NCBI GenBank assembly: GCA_035281725.1
Contig: DATEDJ010000004.1
Location: forward strand, 5,915 to 69,914
Direction: 5' to 3'
Length of the DNA: 64,000 nucleotides
DNA from: Solirubrobacterales bacterium
GTDB taxonomy: Bacteria > Actinomycetota > Thermoleophilia > Solirubrobacterales > 70-9
This document shows positions 1 to 8,512 of the stretch, piece by piece (position 1 is the stretch's first letter; every line of letters starts with the position of its first letter). Under the pieces are notes generated by a model. The model was not told the DNA's origin. It searched no databases and saw only the letters and a list, made by a program, of their open reading frames with translations. A program made the translations under genes and the position numbers.

Positions 1-745
1 GCTCGTCGGGAACGAAGGAGCCGGGGTCCTCGCCGTCGGGGTCGACGACCAGGTGCGGGTGCGGCGCGCCGCCGATTTTCTGCGGCAGCAGGCCGAGCAG
101 GTGGCGGGTCTGGACGACCGCGGCGGCGGCATCGTCGGCGACGATGTGGGCGACGCCGTTCTTGCCGTGGACCTTGGGGCCGCCGAGCTGCTCCATCGAG
201 ATCTCTTCGCCCATCGCCTCGGCGACGACCTTCGGCCCGGTGAGGAACATGCGCGAGTCCTTGGTCATCACGACGAAGTCGGTGAGCGCGGGCGAGTAGG
301 CGCCGCCGCCGGCGCTGATGCCGGAGAGGATCGAGATCTGCGGCACCTTGCGCGAGAGCTCGACGCTGGCGCGGAAGATGCGGCCGTAGCCGGCGAGGGC
401 GGCGTGGCCCTCCTGCAGGCGGGCGCCGCCGGAGCGGACGAAGCCGACCACCGGCGCCCCGGCGTCGCCGGCCATCCGCATCGTGCGGACGATCGTGTCG
501 GCGTGGACTTCGCCGAGGCTGCCGCCGAGGAAGGCCGGGTCCTGGGCGTAACAGAAGACCGGCCGGCCGTCGACCTCACCGGCGCCCGCGGCGACCCCGT
601 CGCCCGGCATCGCCCGCTCGCCGAGGCGCGTGCTGCTCACCCCGCTGCGCAGCGGGTGGAAGCTGCCCGGGTCGCAGAGCATCTGCAGCTGCCCGAGCGG
701 CGTGTCGGCGGGAGCGGAAGGCGGGGCTTTGACGGCGGTGGCCAT
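1..745 (-). CDS. accD: Acyl-CoA carboxylase carboxyltransferase (beta) subunit, AccD6/PccB-like; partial, C-terminus lies beyond the left edge
   Basis: Not in the ORF track because it has no stop in the window. My reverse-strand translation from the ATG (rc of 743-745) gives MATAVKAPPSAPADTPLGQLQMLCDPGSFHPLRSG...GRPVFCYAQDPAFLGGSLGEVHADTIVRTMRMA...SGGARLQEG...SGISAGGGAYSPALTDFVVMT. This is typical of a carboxyltransferase N-domain. It lies directly downstream of fabF, as accD6 does in the mycobacterial FAS-II operon. Confidence 0.85.
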   Translation of the reverse strand, partial: MATAVKAPPSAPADTPLGQLQMLCDPGSFHPLRSGVSSTRLGERAMPGDGVAAGAGEVDGRPVFCYAQDPAFLGGSLGEVHADTIVRTMRMAGDAGAPVVGFVRSGGARLQEGHAALAGYGRIFRASVELSRKVPQISILSGISAGGGAYSPALTDFVVMTKDSRMFLTGPKVVAEAMGEEISMEQLGGPKVHGKNGVAHIVADDAAAAVVQTRHLLGLLPQKIGGAPHPHLVVDPDGEDPGSFVPDE

Positions 746-771
746 GGCTGGGTAGGTGGGTGCTGCGGGGA

Positions 772-1974
772 TCAGTTGGCGGAGAGGACGAGGACGGCGT
801 TATGGCCGCCGAAGCCGAACGAGTTGGAGATCGCGACGACGGGACCGTCTCCGTTGACAATCGGTTTAGCTGAACCTTCGACGTAGTCAAGGTCAAGCCC
901 CTCTTCGGCCTCTTCATACCCGACGGTCGGGGGAGCTTCGCGACGCCTGAGGGCTTCGATCGTGGCGATCGCCTCAACCGCCCCGGCGGCGCCGAGCAGG
1001 TGCCCGATCGCCGACTTGGTCGAGCTCACCGGGATGTCGGCGGCGCGCTCGCCGAGGGCCGCCTTGATCGCTTTCGTCTCCGCCGCGTCGTTCAGTGGGG
1101 TCGAGGTGCCGTGGGCGTTGACGTAGTCGACGTCGACCGCGCTGATGCCGGCGTCGGCGAGCGCGAACTGGATCGCTTTCGCCGCCGCCTCGCCCTCCGG
1201 CTGCGGCGCGGTCAGGTGGTAGGCATCGGCGGTGACGCCGTAGCCGATCACCTCGCCGAGGATCGTCGCGCCGCGCTTTTCGGCGGCCTCCATCTCCTCC
1301 AGCACCAGGACGCCGGCGCCCTCGCCCATCACGAAGCCGTCGCGGCGGGCGTCGAAGGGGCGCGAGACGCCCGACTCCGAGGTCGCTTCCATCGCCGCGA
1401 AGGCGGAGGTGGCGACCCCGGTGATGCAGGCCTCGGCGCCGCCGGTGACCATCGCGTCGGCGTCGCCGACCTGGATGATCCGGGCGGCGTCGCCGATCCC
1501 GTTGTTTCCCGCCGCGCAGGCCGAGGAGACCGCGTAGGTGTGGCCCTGGAGGCCGTGGCGCATCGAGACCGCGGCGGCGGCGGCGTTGCCCATCATCAGC
1601 GGCACCGCCAGCGGCGAGACCGCCTTCGGGCCTTTGGTGATCAGTTTCTCCTGCTCGCGCTCGAGCGAGACGAGGCCGCCGATCCCGGTCGCGATCACGC
1701 AGCCGACCCGGTAGGGGTCGTAGGGCAGCTCGCCCTCCTCACCGAAGGCCTGCTTGACCGCCTCGTCGCCGGCCACGATCGCCATCTGGGCGAAGCGGTC
1801 GGCGCGCCGCACTTCCTTTTTCGAGAGGAACTCGGTCGGCTCGAAATCGAGGCAGCGGCCGAAGCCGTCCGCGATCCCCGATTCGCCCGCCATCCAGCGG
1901 TCGATCAGAGGGTCGCTGCCGATCCCCAGCGGGGTGACGGCACCGACCCCGGTGATGACGACGCGGCGCGTCAT
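772..1974 (-). CDS. fabF: Beta-ketoacyl-ACP synthase II (KAS II)
   Basis: 400 aa. MTRRVVITGVGAVTPLG N-terminus, active-site region AVSSACAAG, HGTSTPLND, C-terminal NSFGFGGHNAVLVL. ATGA overlap with the acpP stop (1971-1974). Confidence 0.95.
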   Translation of the reverse strand: MTRRVVITGVGAVTPLGIGSDPLIDRWMAGESGIADGFGRCLDFEPTEFLSKKEVRRADRFAQMAIVAGDEAVKQAFGEEGELPYDPYRVGCVIATGIGGLVSLEREQEKLITKGPKAVSPLAVPLMMGNAAAAAVSMRHGLQGHTYAVSSACAAGNNGIGDAARIIQVGDADAMVTGGAEACITGVATSAFAAMEATSESGVSRPFDARRDGFVMGEGAGVLVLEEMEAAEKRGATILGEVIGYGVTADAYHLTAPQPEGEAAAKAIQFALADAGISAVDVDYVNAHGTSTPLNDAAETKAIKAALGERAADIPVSSTKSAIGHLLGAAGAVEAIATIEALRRREAPPTVGYEEAEEGLDLDYVEGSAKPIVNGDGPVVAISNSFGFGGHNAVLVLSAN

Positions 1975-2219
1975 CCCGCTTTCGCGACGACCAGGTCGAT
2001 GACGTCGCCTACGGTCTTCACGTCCTTGACGTCGTCGCCTTTCAGCTCGACGCCGTACTCGTCCTCGACGATCTGGGCGAGCTCGACCAGGTCGAGCGAG
2101 TCGACGTCGAGGTCCTCCAGGGTCGCCTCACGGGAGAGGGCGTCGCGCTCGGTGCCGAGCTCGACGAGGCCGTCGTAGATCGTCTTCTCGACACTCTCAC
2201 TGCTTACCTGCGTTGCCAT
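1971..2219 (-). CDS. acpP: Acyl carrier protein
   Basis: 82 aa, acidic, with a phosphopantetheine attachment motif LDVDSLDLVELAQIVEDEYG. Sits between fabG and fabF. Confidence 0.93.
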   Translation of the reverse strand: MATQVSSESVEKTIYDGLVELGTERDALSREATLEDLDVDSLDLVELAQIVEDEYGVELKGDDVKDVKTVGDVIDLVVAKAG

Positions 2220-2253
2220 TTGGGTTCCTTTCCCATGTCTGGGTCCTATGTCA

Positions 2254-2991
2254 CTAAGCGCTGAGGCCGCCGTCCACGGTCAGCGTCGTTCCGGTCACGT
2301 AAGAAGCTTCGGCGGAGGCGAGGAAGCGGATGCAGGCCGCGACCTCCTCCGGGGTCCCGACCCGGCGGGCCGGGATCGCCTTCGCCAGGTCGCCCTCCAG
2401 GACATCCTCGGTGAAGGCGGTCTCGATCACACCCGGGGCCACCGCGTTGACGGTGACGCCGCGGCGGGCGACCTCGGCGGCGACGGTCTTGGTGAAGCCG
2501 ATCACGCCGGCCTTCGAGGCCGAGTAGTTGGCCTGGCCGGGGTTGGCGCGGATGCCGGCCACCGAGCTGACGTTGACCACGCGGCCGAAGCGGGCGCGCA
2601 TCATCTTCGGCAGCGCCGCGCGGGTGGCGCGGAAGGTCGACGTGAGGTTGGTGTCGATCACGGTCGCCCAGTCCTCGTCGGTGAGCGACGGCGAGAGGTT
2701 GTCGACGCGGACCCCGGCGTTGTTGACAAGGACCAAGACCGGGCCGTCGTCGCCGGGCTCGACGATGCGGGCGATGTCCGCGGCGTCGGCGACGTCGCCC
2801 TGCCAAAGGGTGGCGGTGCCACCCGCGGCCTCGATCTTCGCGACGACGTCCTCGGCCCCCGCTTTGTCGCTGCGGTAATTGACCCGCACCGGCCAGCCGT
2901 CGGCGGCCAGCATCAGCGCGGTCGCCGCGCCGATCCCGCGCGAGGCCCCGGTGACCAGGGCGCAGCCCTCCGGACGGGTCGACTCAGACAC
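2254..2991 (-). CDS. fabG: 3-oxoacyl-ACP reductase (SDR)
   Basis: 245 aa. TGASRGIGAA cofactor motif, NNAG, YSASKAG catalytic motif, NAVAPGVIET. Overlaps the fabH stop by 8 nt. Confidence 0.9.
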   Translation of the reverse strand: MSESTRPEGCALVTGASRGIGAATALMLAADGWPVRVNYRSDKAGAEDVVAKIEAAGGTATLWQGDVADAADIARIVEPGDDGPVLVLVNNAGVRVDNLSPSLTDEDWATVIDTNLTSTFRATRAALPKMMRARFGRVVNVSSVAGIRANPGQANYSASKAGVIGFTKTVAAEVARRGVTVNAVAPGVIETAFTEDVLEGDLAKAIPARRVGTPEEVAACIRFLASAEASYVTGTTLTVDGGLSA

Positions 2992-3991
2992 CGACGCTCA
3001 CCGCCCCTCCCCACTCGATCACGGTCGCGCCCCAGCTGAGGCCGGCGCCGAAGGCGCCGAGCAGCACCCGCGAGCCCTGGCGCATCGCGCCGCTGCGCTT
3101 CGCCTGGGCGAGCGCCAGCGGGATCGTCGCCGCCGAGGTATTGCCGAGCTTGGCGATCGAGTCGATCACCCGGCCGGGGTCCAGCCCCAGCCGTTCGCCG
3201 ACCGCGCGCAGGATCCGCGCGTTGGCCTGGTGGTAGACGAAGAGATCAATGTCGCCCAACGTGAGGCCCGCCTGGGCGACCGCCTCGGTGGTCGATTCCG
3301 CCATCAGGTCGACCGCATACTTGAAGGTCTCGTGGCCCTGCATGCGGATCACCAGGTCTGAGCGGTCGATCTTGATCAGGTCGGCCTGGGAGCCGTCGGA
3401 GCGCAGGACGATCGGCCCGACCCGGCTCTCCAGGGCGCCGCGCATGAGCACCGCTCCGGCGCCGTCGGCGAAGACGGCGGCGGTGCCGCGGTCGCTCGGA
3501 TCGGTCAGGGGCATCATCAGGTCGGCGCCGATCACAAGGACGTTAACGGCGCGCCCAGATTCGATCTGGCCGCAGGCGACGGAGACGGCGCTGAGGAAGC
3601 CGGTGCAGGCGGAGTTGACGTCGTAGCAGGCGGCCTCGGTAGCGCCGAGGACGTCGGCGACGCGGGGCGCGGCGGCGGGCATCAGCTCCTCGTTGGAGGT
3701 GGTGGCGAGGACGATCAGGTCGACCTCCTCGGGCCGGACCTCGGCCTCGGTGAGCGCCTCGGCCCCGGCGGCGGCGGCGAACTCGTAGAGGCGCTCGCCC
3801 GGCTGGGCGGAGCGGCGCTCTTCGATCCCGGTCCGTTTGACGATCCATTCGGCGTCGATGCCGAGCCGCTCGGCGATCACCGCGTTGGGGACGACGGTGG
3901 CGGGCAGCGCTGTGCCGACGCCGGCCATCTCGGCGCCGCAGCGGACCAGCGGCGCGGCGGCGAAGGCGGGGGCGGCGAAGGGCTCAGGCAT
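2984..3991 (-). CDS. fabH: Beta-ketoacyl-ACP synthase III
   Basis: The listed ORF (2984-4192) has an Arg/Pro-rich N-terminal extension that looks non-coding. The in-frame ATG at 3991 (MPEPFAAP...) lies 5 nt from the fabD stop. The body has RTGIEERR, NSACTGFL (active-site Cys), HQAN and GAFGAGLSWG. Met-21 (MAGVG, 3931) is an alternative start. Confidence 0.85.
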   Translation of the reverse strand: MPEPFAAPAFAAAPLVRCGAEMAGVGTALPATVVPNAVIAERLGIDAEWIVKRTGIEERRSAQPGERLYEFAAAAGAEALTEAEVRPEEVDLIVLATTSNEELMPAAAPRVADVLGATEAACYDVNSACTGFLSAVSVACGQIESGRAVNVLVIGADLMMPLTDPSDRGTAAVFADGAGAVLMRGALESRVGPIVLRSDGSQADLIKIDRSDLVIRMQGHETFKYAVDLMAESTTEAVAQAGLTLGDIDLFVYHQANARILRAVGERLGLDPGRVIDSIAKLGNTSAATIPLALAQAKRSGAMRQGSRVLLGAFGAGLSWGATVIEWGGAVSVGV

Positions 3992-4931
3992 CGGCGGTCG
4001 CCTCGGCGGGAAGCTCGATCTCGTCGGCGAGCGAGCGGCTCTCGACCTCCTCGCCGAGGGTGCGACGGGAGAGGCCGGTGAGGATGTCCCCGGGGCCGGT
4101 CTCGAGGAAGGCGGCGGCGCCGGCCGCCTGCATCGCGGCGAGGGTGTCGCGCCAGCGGACCGGCTCGGTGAGCGCGGCCAGGAGGTCGGCACGGATGTCG
4201 TCGAAAGGGGCGGCGGTGATGCAGGAGAAGGCCCCCGCGGCGGTGTCGAACTCGGTCGCGGCGAGGGCGTCGCGGTAGCCGGGGACGGCGGGCTCCATCA
4301 GCGGCGAGTGGAAGGCGCCGGCGACCGGCAGGCGGATCGCCTTCGCCCCTTCGGCGCGCAGCGCCTTGCGGGCTTCGCCGACCTTCTCGGAGTCGCCGGA
4401 GAGGACCATCTGGCCGGGCGCGTTGTCGTTGGCGAGCGTGAGGCCGAACTCGTCGGCGACCTTGCGGACCACCTCGTCGGTGCCGCCGAGGGCGGCGACC
4501 ATGCCACCGGGACGGACCGCCGAGGCCTCCTCCATCAGGCGGCCGCGGACGATCGCCAGGCGCAGGCCGGCGGCGGCGTCGAGGGAGCCGGCGGCGACCA
4601 GGGCCGGGAGCTCGCCGAGCGAGTGCCCCGCGTAGAAGCCGGCGTCCGGCTCACCCGCCGCCTTCCAGTGGGCGAGCCCGGCGATGAAGAGGGCGGGCTG
4701 GGCGAAGTGGGTGCCCGCGGCGATCTGCTCGAAGGGATCGGCGCCGAGTTCCTCGGCCGCCTGCTCGACCAGGTCGGGGCGCTGCGCGGCGCTGACCGCC
4801 GCCATCGTCGACGTCTGGCTCCCCTGGCCGGGGAAAAGTAGGGCGGTGTCTGGGGGGGTGCTGGGCACTTGTAAGGAGTATTGGTCCGGCCAGGCGCGGG
4901 GGTGACGCGAAGCCGCTCCAGGTCCCTCCAT
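3984..4931 (-). CDS. fabD: Malonyl CoA-ACP transacylase
   Basis: LLFPGQGSQ and GHSLGE motifs, 315-aa ORF. The true start may be the internal GTG (VPSTPPDTALLFPGQGSQ), and no clear SD favours either. Confidence 0.88.
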   Translation of the reverse strand: MEGPGAASRHPRAWPDQYSLQVPSTPPDTALLFPGQGSQTSTMAAVSAAQRPDLVEQAAEELGADPFEQIAAGTHFAQPALFIAGLAHWKAAGEPDAGFYAGHSLGELPALVAAGSLDAAAGLRLAIVRGRLMEEASAVRPGGMVAALGGTDEVVRKVADEFGLTLANDNAPGQMVLSGDSEKVGEARKALRAEGAKAIRLPVAGAFHSPLMEPAVPGYRDALAATEFDTAAGAFSCITAAPFDDIRADLLAALTEPVRWRDTLAAMQAAGAAAFLETGPGDILTGLSRRTLGEEVESRSLADEIELPAEATADA

Positions 4932-4963
4932 ATGGGGGGCGACCCATGCGGGCGGAGGGTGGA

Positions 4964-5569
4964 TCAGACGAGGATCTTCAGCCGCTGGGCCTGGCGGGTG
5001 GCCTCGGCCCGATTCCTCACGCCGAGCTTACGGTAGATCGCACTGGTGTGCTCCTTCACCGTGTGCGGCGAGAGGTGGAGGAGGCCGGCGATCTCTTTGT
5101 TGGTCGAGCCGGTTGCGATCAGCGAGAGGACCTCCTGCTCGCGGTCCGAGAGCGGCGAGTCGAGCGGTGCTTCGGCGAAGACCTCGTGGCCCTGGCTGAC
5201 CCGGCGCACGGCGCGGACGACGTCGACCGCCGACCAGTCCTTGGAGATGAAGCCGGCGGCCCCCGCGGTGCGGGCGACGTTGGGCGAGATGATTCCGGCA
5301 CCGGAGATCAGCAGTACCCGCGTGTTGGGGCTGACCTGGTGGATCTCCTCGCAGACCTCGGCGCCCGACTCGGTGCCGAGCAGCATGTCGACCAGGGCGA
5401 CCTCGGGCTGCGCTTTGCGGCAGACCTGGACCGCCTCGGCACCGGTGGAGGCGGCAAGGCAGCGCTCGACCCAGCTCTGGCGCTCCAGCAGCAGGCGGAA
5501 CCCCCACTGCACGACGTCGTGGTCGTCGACCACGAGGACCCTGAGGCCCCTGTTCGCGGCGGCCTCCAT
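4964..5569 (-). CDS. LuxR/NarL-family response regulator
   Basis: 201 aa. Receiver domain VLVVDDHDVV...VALVDMLL. C-terminal HTH LSDREQEVLSLIATGSTNKEIAGLLHLSPHTVKEHTSAIYRKLGVRNRAEA. Confidence 0.92.
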   Translation of the reverse strand: MEAAANRGLRVLVVDDHDVVQWGFRLLLERQSWVERCLAASTGAEAVQVCRKAQPEVALVDMLLGTESGAEVCEEIHQVSPNTRVLLISGAGIISPNVARTAGAAGFISKDWSAVDVVRAVRRVSQGHEVFAEAPLDSPLSDREQEVLSLIATGSTNKEIAGLLHLSPHTVKEHTSAIYRKLGVRNRAEATRQAQRLKILV

Positions 5570-5572
5570 CTT

Positions 5573-6718
5573 TCAGTCACCCACCGGGACGACGAGGCGG
5601 ACCTTCCAGCGGTCGCCGGCGGGGGAACCGAACTCGACCAGGCCCTCGTGGCGGAGCGCCTCCAGCGCGGCGAGCCGCAGGCCGAGGCCGCTGCCGCGAG
5701 TCGAGCGGCCGTCGCCGGCGCCGTCGTTCTCGATCGAGAGGCTGAAGGTCTCGCCGTCGGAGGCGACGCTGACGTCGATCGCGGTCGGCTTCGCGTGGCG
5801 GTCGACGTTGCGGAGCGCCTCGTTCAGGACCAGCTGGGCGACCGGCTCGAGGTCGGCCGGCACCGCCACCCCGTCGGCCCAGTCGACCCGCAGCTCGGGC
5901 CGGCGCTCGACCAGCCGGTCGAGCAGTTCGCCGAGGCAGGCTTTGGTCGGGCGGGCCGGGGTCTCCAGCGGCCGGGTCAGCGCCCGGCGCAGGTCGGCGA
6001 CGACCGAGCGCAGCTCCTCCTGGCAGCGGCGCCGCTCGGCCTCCGAAAGCTCGTCCTCGGAGCCGAGCGCGAGGGCGACGCCGAAGAGCCGCTGGATCGC
6101 GTTCTCGTGCAGGTCACGGGTCAGCTCGACCCGTTCGTGCAGGCGGCGCTCGCTTTCGCGCTGCTCGGTCGAGTGCTCGACGCTGGCGGTCAGCGCGGCG
6201 AGCCGACCGAGGGTCATCATCGTCTCCCGCTCGCCGTCGTCGAGGGGGAAGTCCTCGCCTTCGCGGTCGGCGAAGATCACCCCGAGCCAGCGCCGCGCGG
6301 CGCTGATCGGCGTGCAGGTCAGGTAGGCGCTTTCCGGCAGCTCGGCGTATCTCGCGGGAACGTGCTCGGCGAGGTCGCCGTCCACCCCGTTCACGTTGAC
6401 CTCGACCACCCGGTCCTCTTCCAGCGCCTGCTGGGCGATCGGCGTCTCGTCGATCGTGCCGCCGATCCGCTTCATCAACTCCGGCGCGATCCCGCAGGCG
6501 CCCACCGGGATCACCGACCGATAGGTCTCGTCATGGAGCAGCAGCACCGCCCGTTTCATCGTCGTCAGCGTCACCACCGCCTGGCACACCCGGTCGTAGA
6601 AGACCCCCGATTCGGTCGCCTCGTCGAGTTCCGCCAGCAGCCCCACGAGCACCTCGACCGTCCCCGCCCGCGGGGCAGGCGCCGCGGTAGTAGTTCCCCA
6701 GGTGCTCATCTGCAACAA
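5573..6718 (-). CDS. GAF-domain sensor histidine kinase (HisKA_3 type)
   Basis: 381 aa. The N-terminal ~170 aa look like a GAF domain. H-box region LTRDLHENAIQRLFGVALAL. HATPase region NEALRNVDRHA...GSGLGLRLAALEA. Lies 4 nt upstream of the LuxR regulator. Confidence 0.85.
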   Translation of the reverse strand: MLQMSTWGTTTAAPAPRAGTVEVLVGLLAELDEATESGVFYDRVCQAVVTLTTMKRAVLLLHDETYRSVIPVGACGIAPELMKRIGGTIDETPIAQQALEEDRVVEVNVNGVDGDLAEHVPARYAELPESAYLTCTPISAARRWLGVIFADREGEDFPLDDGERETMMTLGRLAALTASVEHSTEQRESERRLHERVELTRDLHENAIQRLFGVALALGSEDELSEAERRRCQEELRSVVADLRRALTRPLETPARPTKACLGELLDRLVERRPELRVDWADGVAVPADLEPVAQLVLNEALRNVDRHAKPTAIDVSVASDGETFSLSIENDGAGDGRSTRGSGLGLRLAALEALRHEGLVEFGSPAGDRWKVRLVVPVGD

Positions 6719-6768
6719 AGAGATTACGACTCAGCCGAAGTCACCTCGGATTTCGGGTGAATTCACAT

Positions 6769-6790
6769 TAGTGGTAATCTTTACCCACTA
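6769..6790 (+). promoter_or_regulatory. Inverted repeat TAGTGG-N10-CCACTA overlapping the 6790 start codon, with a TAATCT -10-like hexamer inside
   Basis: Read directly: tagtgg(6769-6774) taatctttac ccacta(6785-6790). There is a local GC dip and no SD before the ATG at 6790, which suggests a leaderless or short-leader transcript and an operator. Confidence 0.35.
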
Positions 6791-7245
6791 TGGCCTACGT
6801 CGTCGCGACCAAAGGTGAGACGTTCGAGGTTCGGGAGTCGCACAACACCCCCGACGGGCCTCGCAGTCGCACCCTCGCAACCTTTCGTGAGTTGGATGAG
6901 GAGACCATCCGGAAGGTCGTCGATCGGGCCGAAAAAACGCCGTCCCGCGAGGAGCTGATCGAGGCGGTCCTCCGCGCCGGCGCGCCTCTGGCCCTTGCCC
7001 CAGTCGAGGCGGCGGCGCGTGCCCTGCTGCGCTCGCTCGCGCGCGGCGAAATGCTGAGCGCACGGAACCGGCGGCTCCTCCTCGACGCGCTCAACGGCGA
7101 ATCGATGCAGGCCGCCGAATGGCTGGACGTCCCGCTCGCCGAGAGAGGCGCGGCCCTCCGTGATCTTCTTGGGCTCGGCGATGCGATCCCGATCCGGCGT
7201 CGACCCGATGAGAGCAGTTTCCCGAGGATCGATTCGACCCGATGA
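6790..7245 (+). CDS. Hypothetical protein (151 aa), putative partner or antitoxin of the downstream nucleotidyltransferase
   Basis: Clean ORF with normal-looking composition (MAYVVATKGETFEVRESHNTPDGPRSRTLATFRELDEETIRK...). Its stop overlaps the next start (ATGA at 7242-7245). I cannot name a domain. Confidence 0.6.
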   Translation: MAYVVATKGETFEVRESHNTPDGPRSRTLATFRELDEETIRKVVDRAEKTPSREELIEAVLRAGAPLALAPVEAAARALLRSLARGEMLSARNRRLLLDALNGESMQAAEWLDVPLAERGAALRDLLGLGDAIPIRRRPDESSFPRIDSTR

Positions 7246-7820
7246 CGCCGGATCAGACTCGCCAAGATCAGCCCGCACCGCTGGCCGACATGGTCGTGGC
7301 GATCGACCAGGCCCTGGCGGCAGCCAAGGTCCCGCATGCGATCGGCGGCGCGATCGCGTACGCCTATTACGGTGAGCCTCGAGTCACCATCGACGTCGAT
7401 GTCAACGTCTTCATCTCCACCGAACGTTGGCCGAAGGTCAAGAAGGCCCTGGCTGAGATCGGGGTCGACGTCGCTGCGGACGAGACAGCGCTGGCCCGCG
7501 ATGGCCAGGTTCGCCTCTGGTGGGGACGCATCGCCGTCGACCTCTTCTTTGCATACGACCCCTTCCACGACGAGATGGAGGGGGCAATCCGCCGGGTGTC
7601 TTTCGGCGATGCCCGGATTCCGATTCTCGGACCCGAGCACCTCACGATCTGCAAGGCGATGTTCGACCGACCTAAGGACTGGCTCGACATCGAGGCGATG
7701 GTGGCCTTCACGGACCCGCTCGATCTCGACTCGATCAGGTCCTGGTTGATCCGGATGGTCGGCCCAGACGACCAACGACTCGACAAATTCGCCGAGATCG
7801 TCGGTCGCCTGGAAGCTTGA
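7242..7820 (+). CDS. Pol-beta-superfamily nucleotidyltransferase (AbiEii/MNT-like minimal NTase)
   Basis: 192 aa. The signature IGGAIAYAYYGEPRVTIDVDVNV fits hG[GS]-x9-13-Dh[DE]h of minimal nucleotidyltransferases. Translationally coupled to the upstream ORF. Confidence 0.7.
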   Translation: MTPDQTRQDQPAPLADMVVAIDQALAAAKVPHAIGGAIAYAYYGEPRVTIDVDVNVFISTERWPKVKKALAEIGVDVAADETALARDGQVRLWWGRIAVDLFFAYDPFHDEMEGAIRRVSFGDARIPILGPEHLTICKAMFDRPKDWLDIEAMVAFTDPLDLDSIRSWLIRMVGPDDQRLDKFAEIVGRLEA

Positions 7821-7824
7821 ACGG

Positions 7825-8496
7825 CTACTCAGGGGCGGCGGCGGAGTCGGCGACGATCGACATCGATTCGTTGCGGACGCGGCCGGCGGGGATCGAGGGG
7901 TCGGCGGCGATGAGTTGCTGGAGGGGGTCCTGCTTCTCGGCGCCGGTGACCAGCCAGACGATCTCGCGGGCTTCGGCGAGGGCGCGGTAGGTGAGGGTCA
8001 TGCGACGGTGGCCCTGGTATTCGGTGGTGGTCATCGCGACGCGGCGGTCGGTGACCTCGAGGACCGGGTCGCCCGGCACGAGGGAGGCGGTGTGGCCGTC
8101 CGGGCCGAGGCCGAGGTGGACCAGGTCGAGGCGGTCGGGCAGCGAGGTTTCGTATTCGTGCGCCGCTTCGTCGAGGTCCCTGTGTGTGACCGGCATCGGC
8201 CGCAGCGCCGACTGGTGGTCCATCGAGAGCCCGAGCACCATGTGGGTCAGGTTGCGGTCCTCGGAGCCGGGCGAGGCGACGCGCTCGTCCACCTGGAACA
8301 GCTCGGTCTCTCGCCACGGCATCTCCTCGAGGTCGCCGAGGATCGCCAGCATCGACCAGGGCGAGCGCCCGCCGCTCATCGCGAAGGAGAAGGAGCCGTG
8401 GTCGGCCACCGCCTTCGCCCCCGCCGCCGCGATCAGCTCGGCCGCCCGCCGCGCCGCCGCCTTTTCGTCGGCGACGACCTCGAGATCGAGTGGCAT
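7825..8496 (-). CDS. pgl: 6-phosphogluconolactonase
   Basis: 223 aa. SGGRSP, HLGLGPDGHTASL and glucosamine-6-P isomerase/6PGL family features. Downstream of gnd. Confidence 0.9.
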   Translation of the reverse strand: MPLDLEVVADEKAAARRAAELIAAAGAKAVADHGSFSFAMSGGRSPWSMLAILGDLEEMPWRETELFQVDERVASPGSEDRNLTHMVLGLSMDHQSALRPMPVTHRDLDEAAHEYETSLPDRLDLVHLGLGPDGHTASLVPGDPVLEVTDRRVAMTTTEYQGHRRMTLTYRALAEAREIVWLVTGAEKQDPLQQLIAADPSIPAGRVRNESMSIVADSAAAPE

Positions 8497-8512
8497 CGTC
8501 GGCCCCCCGCCC

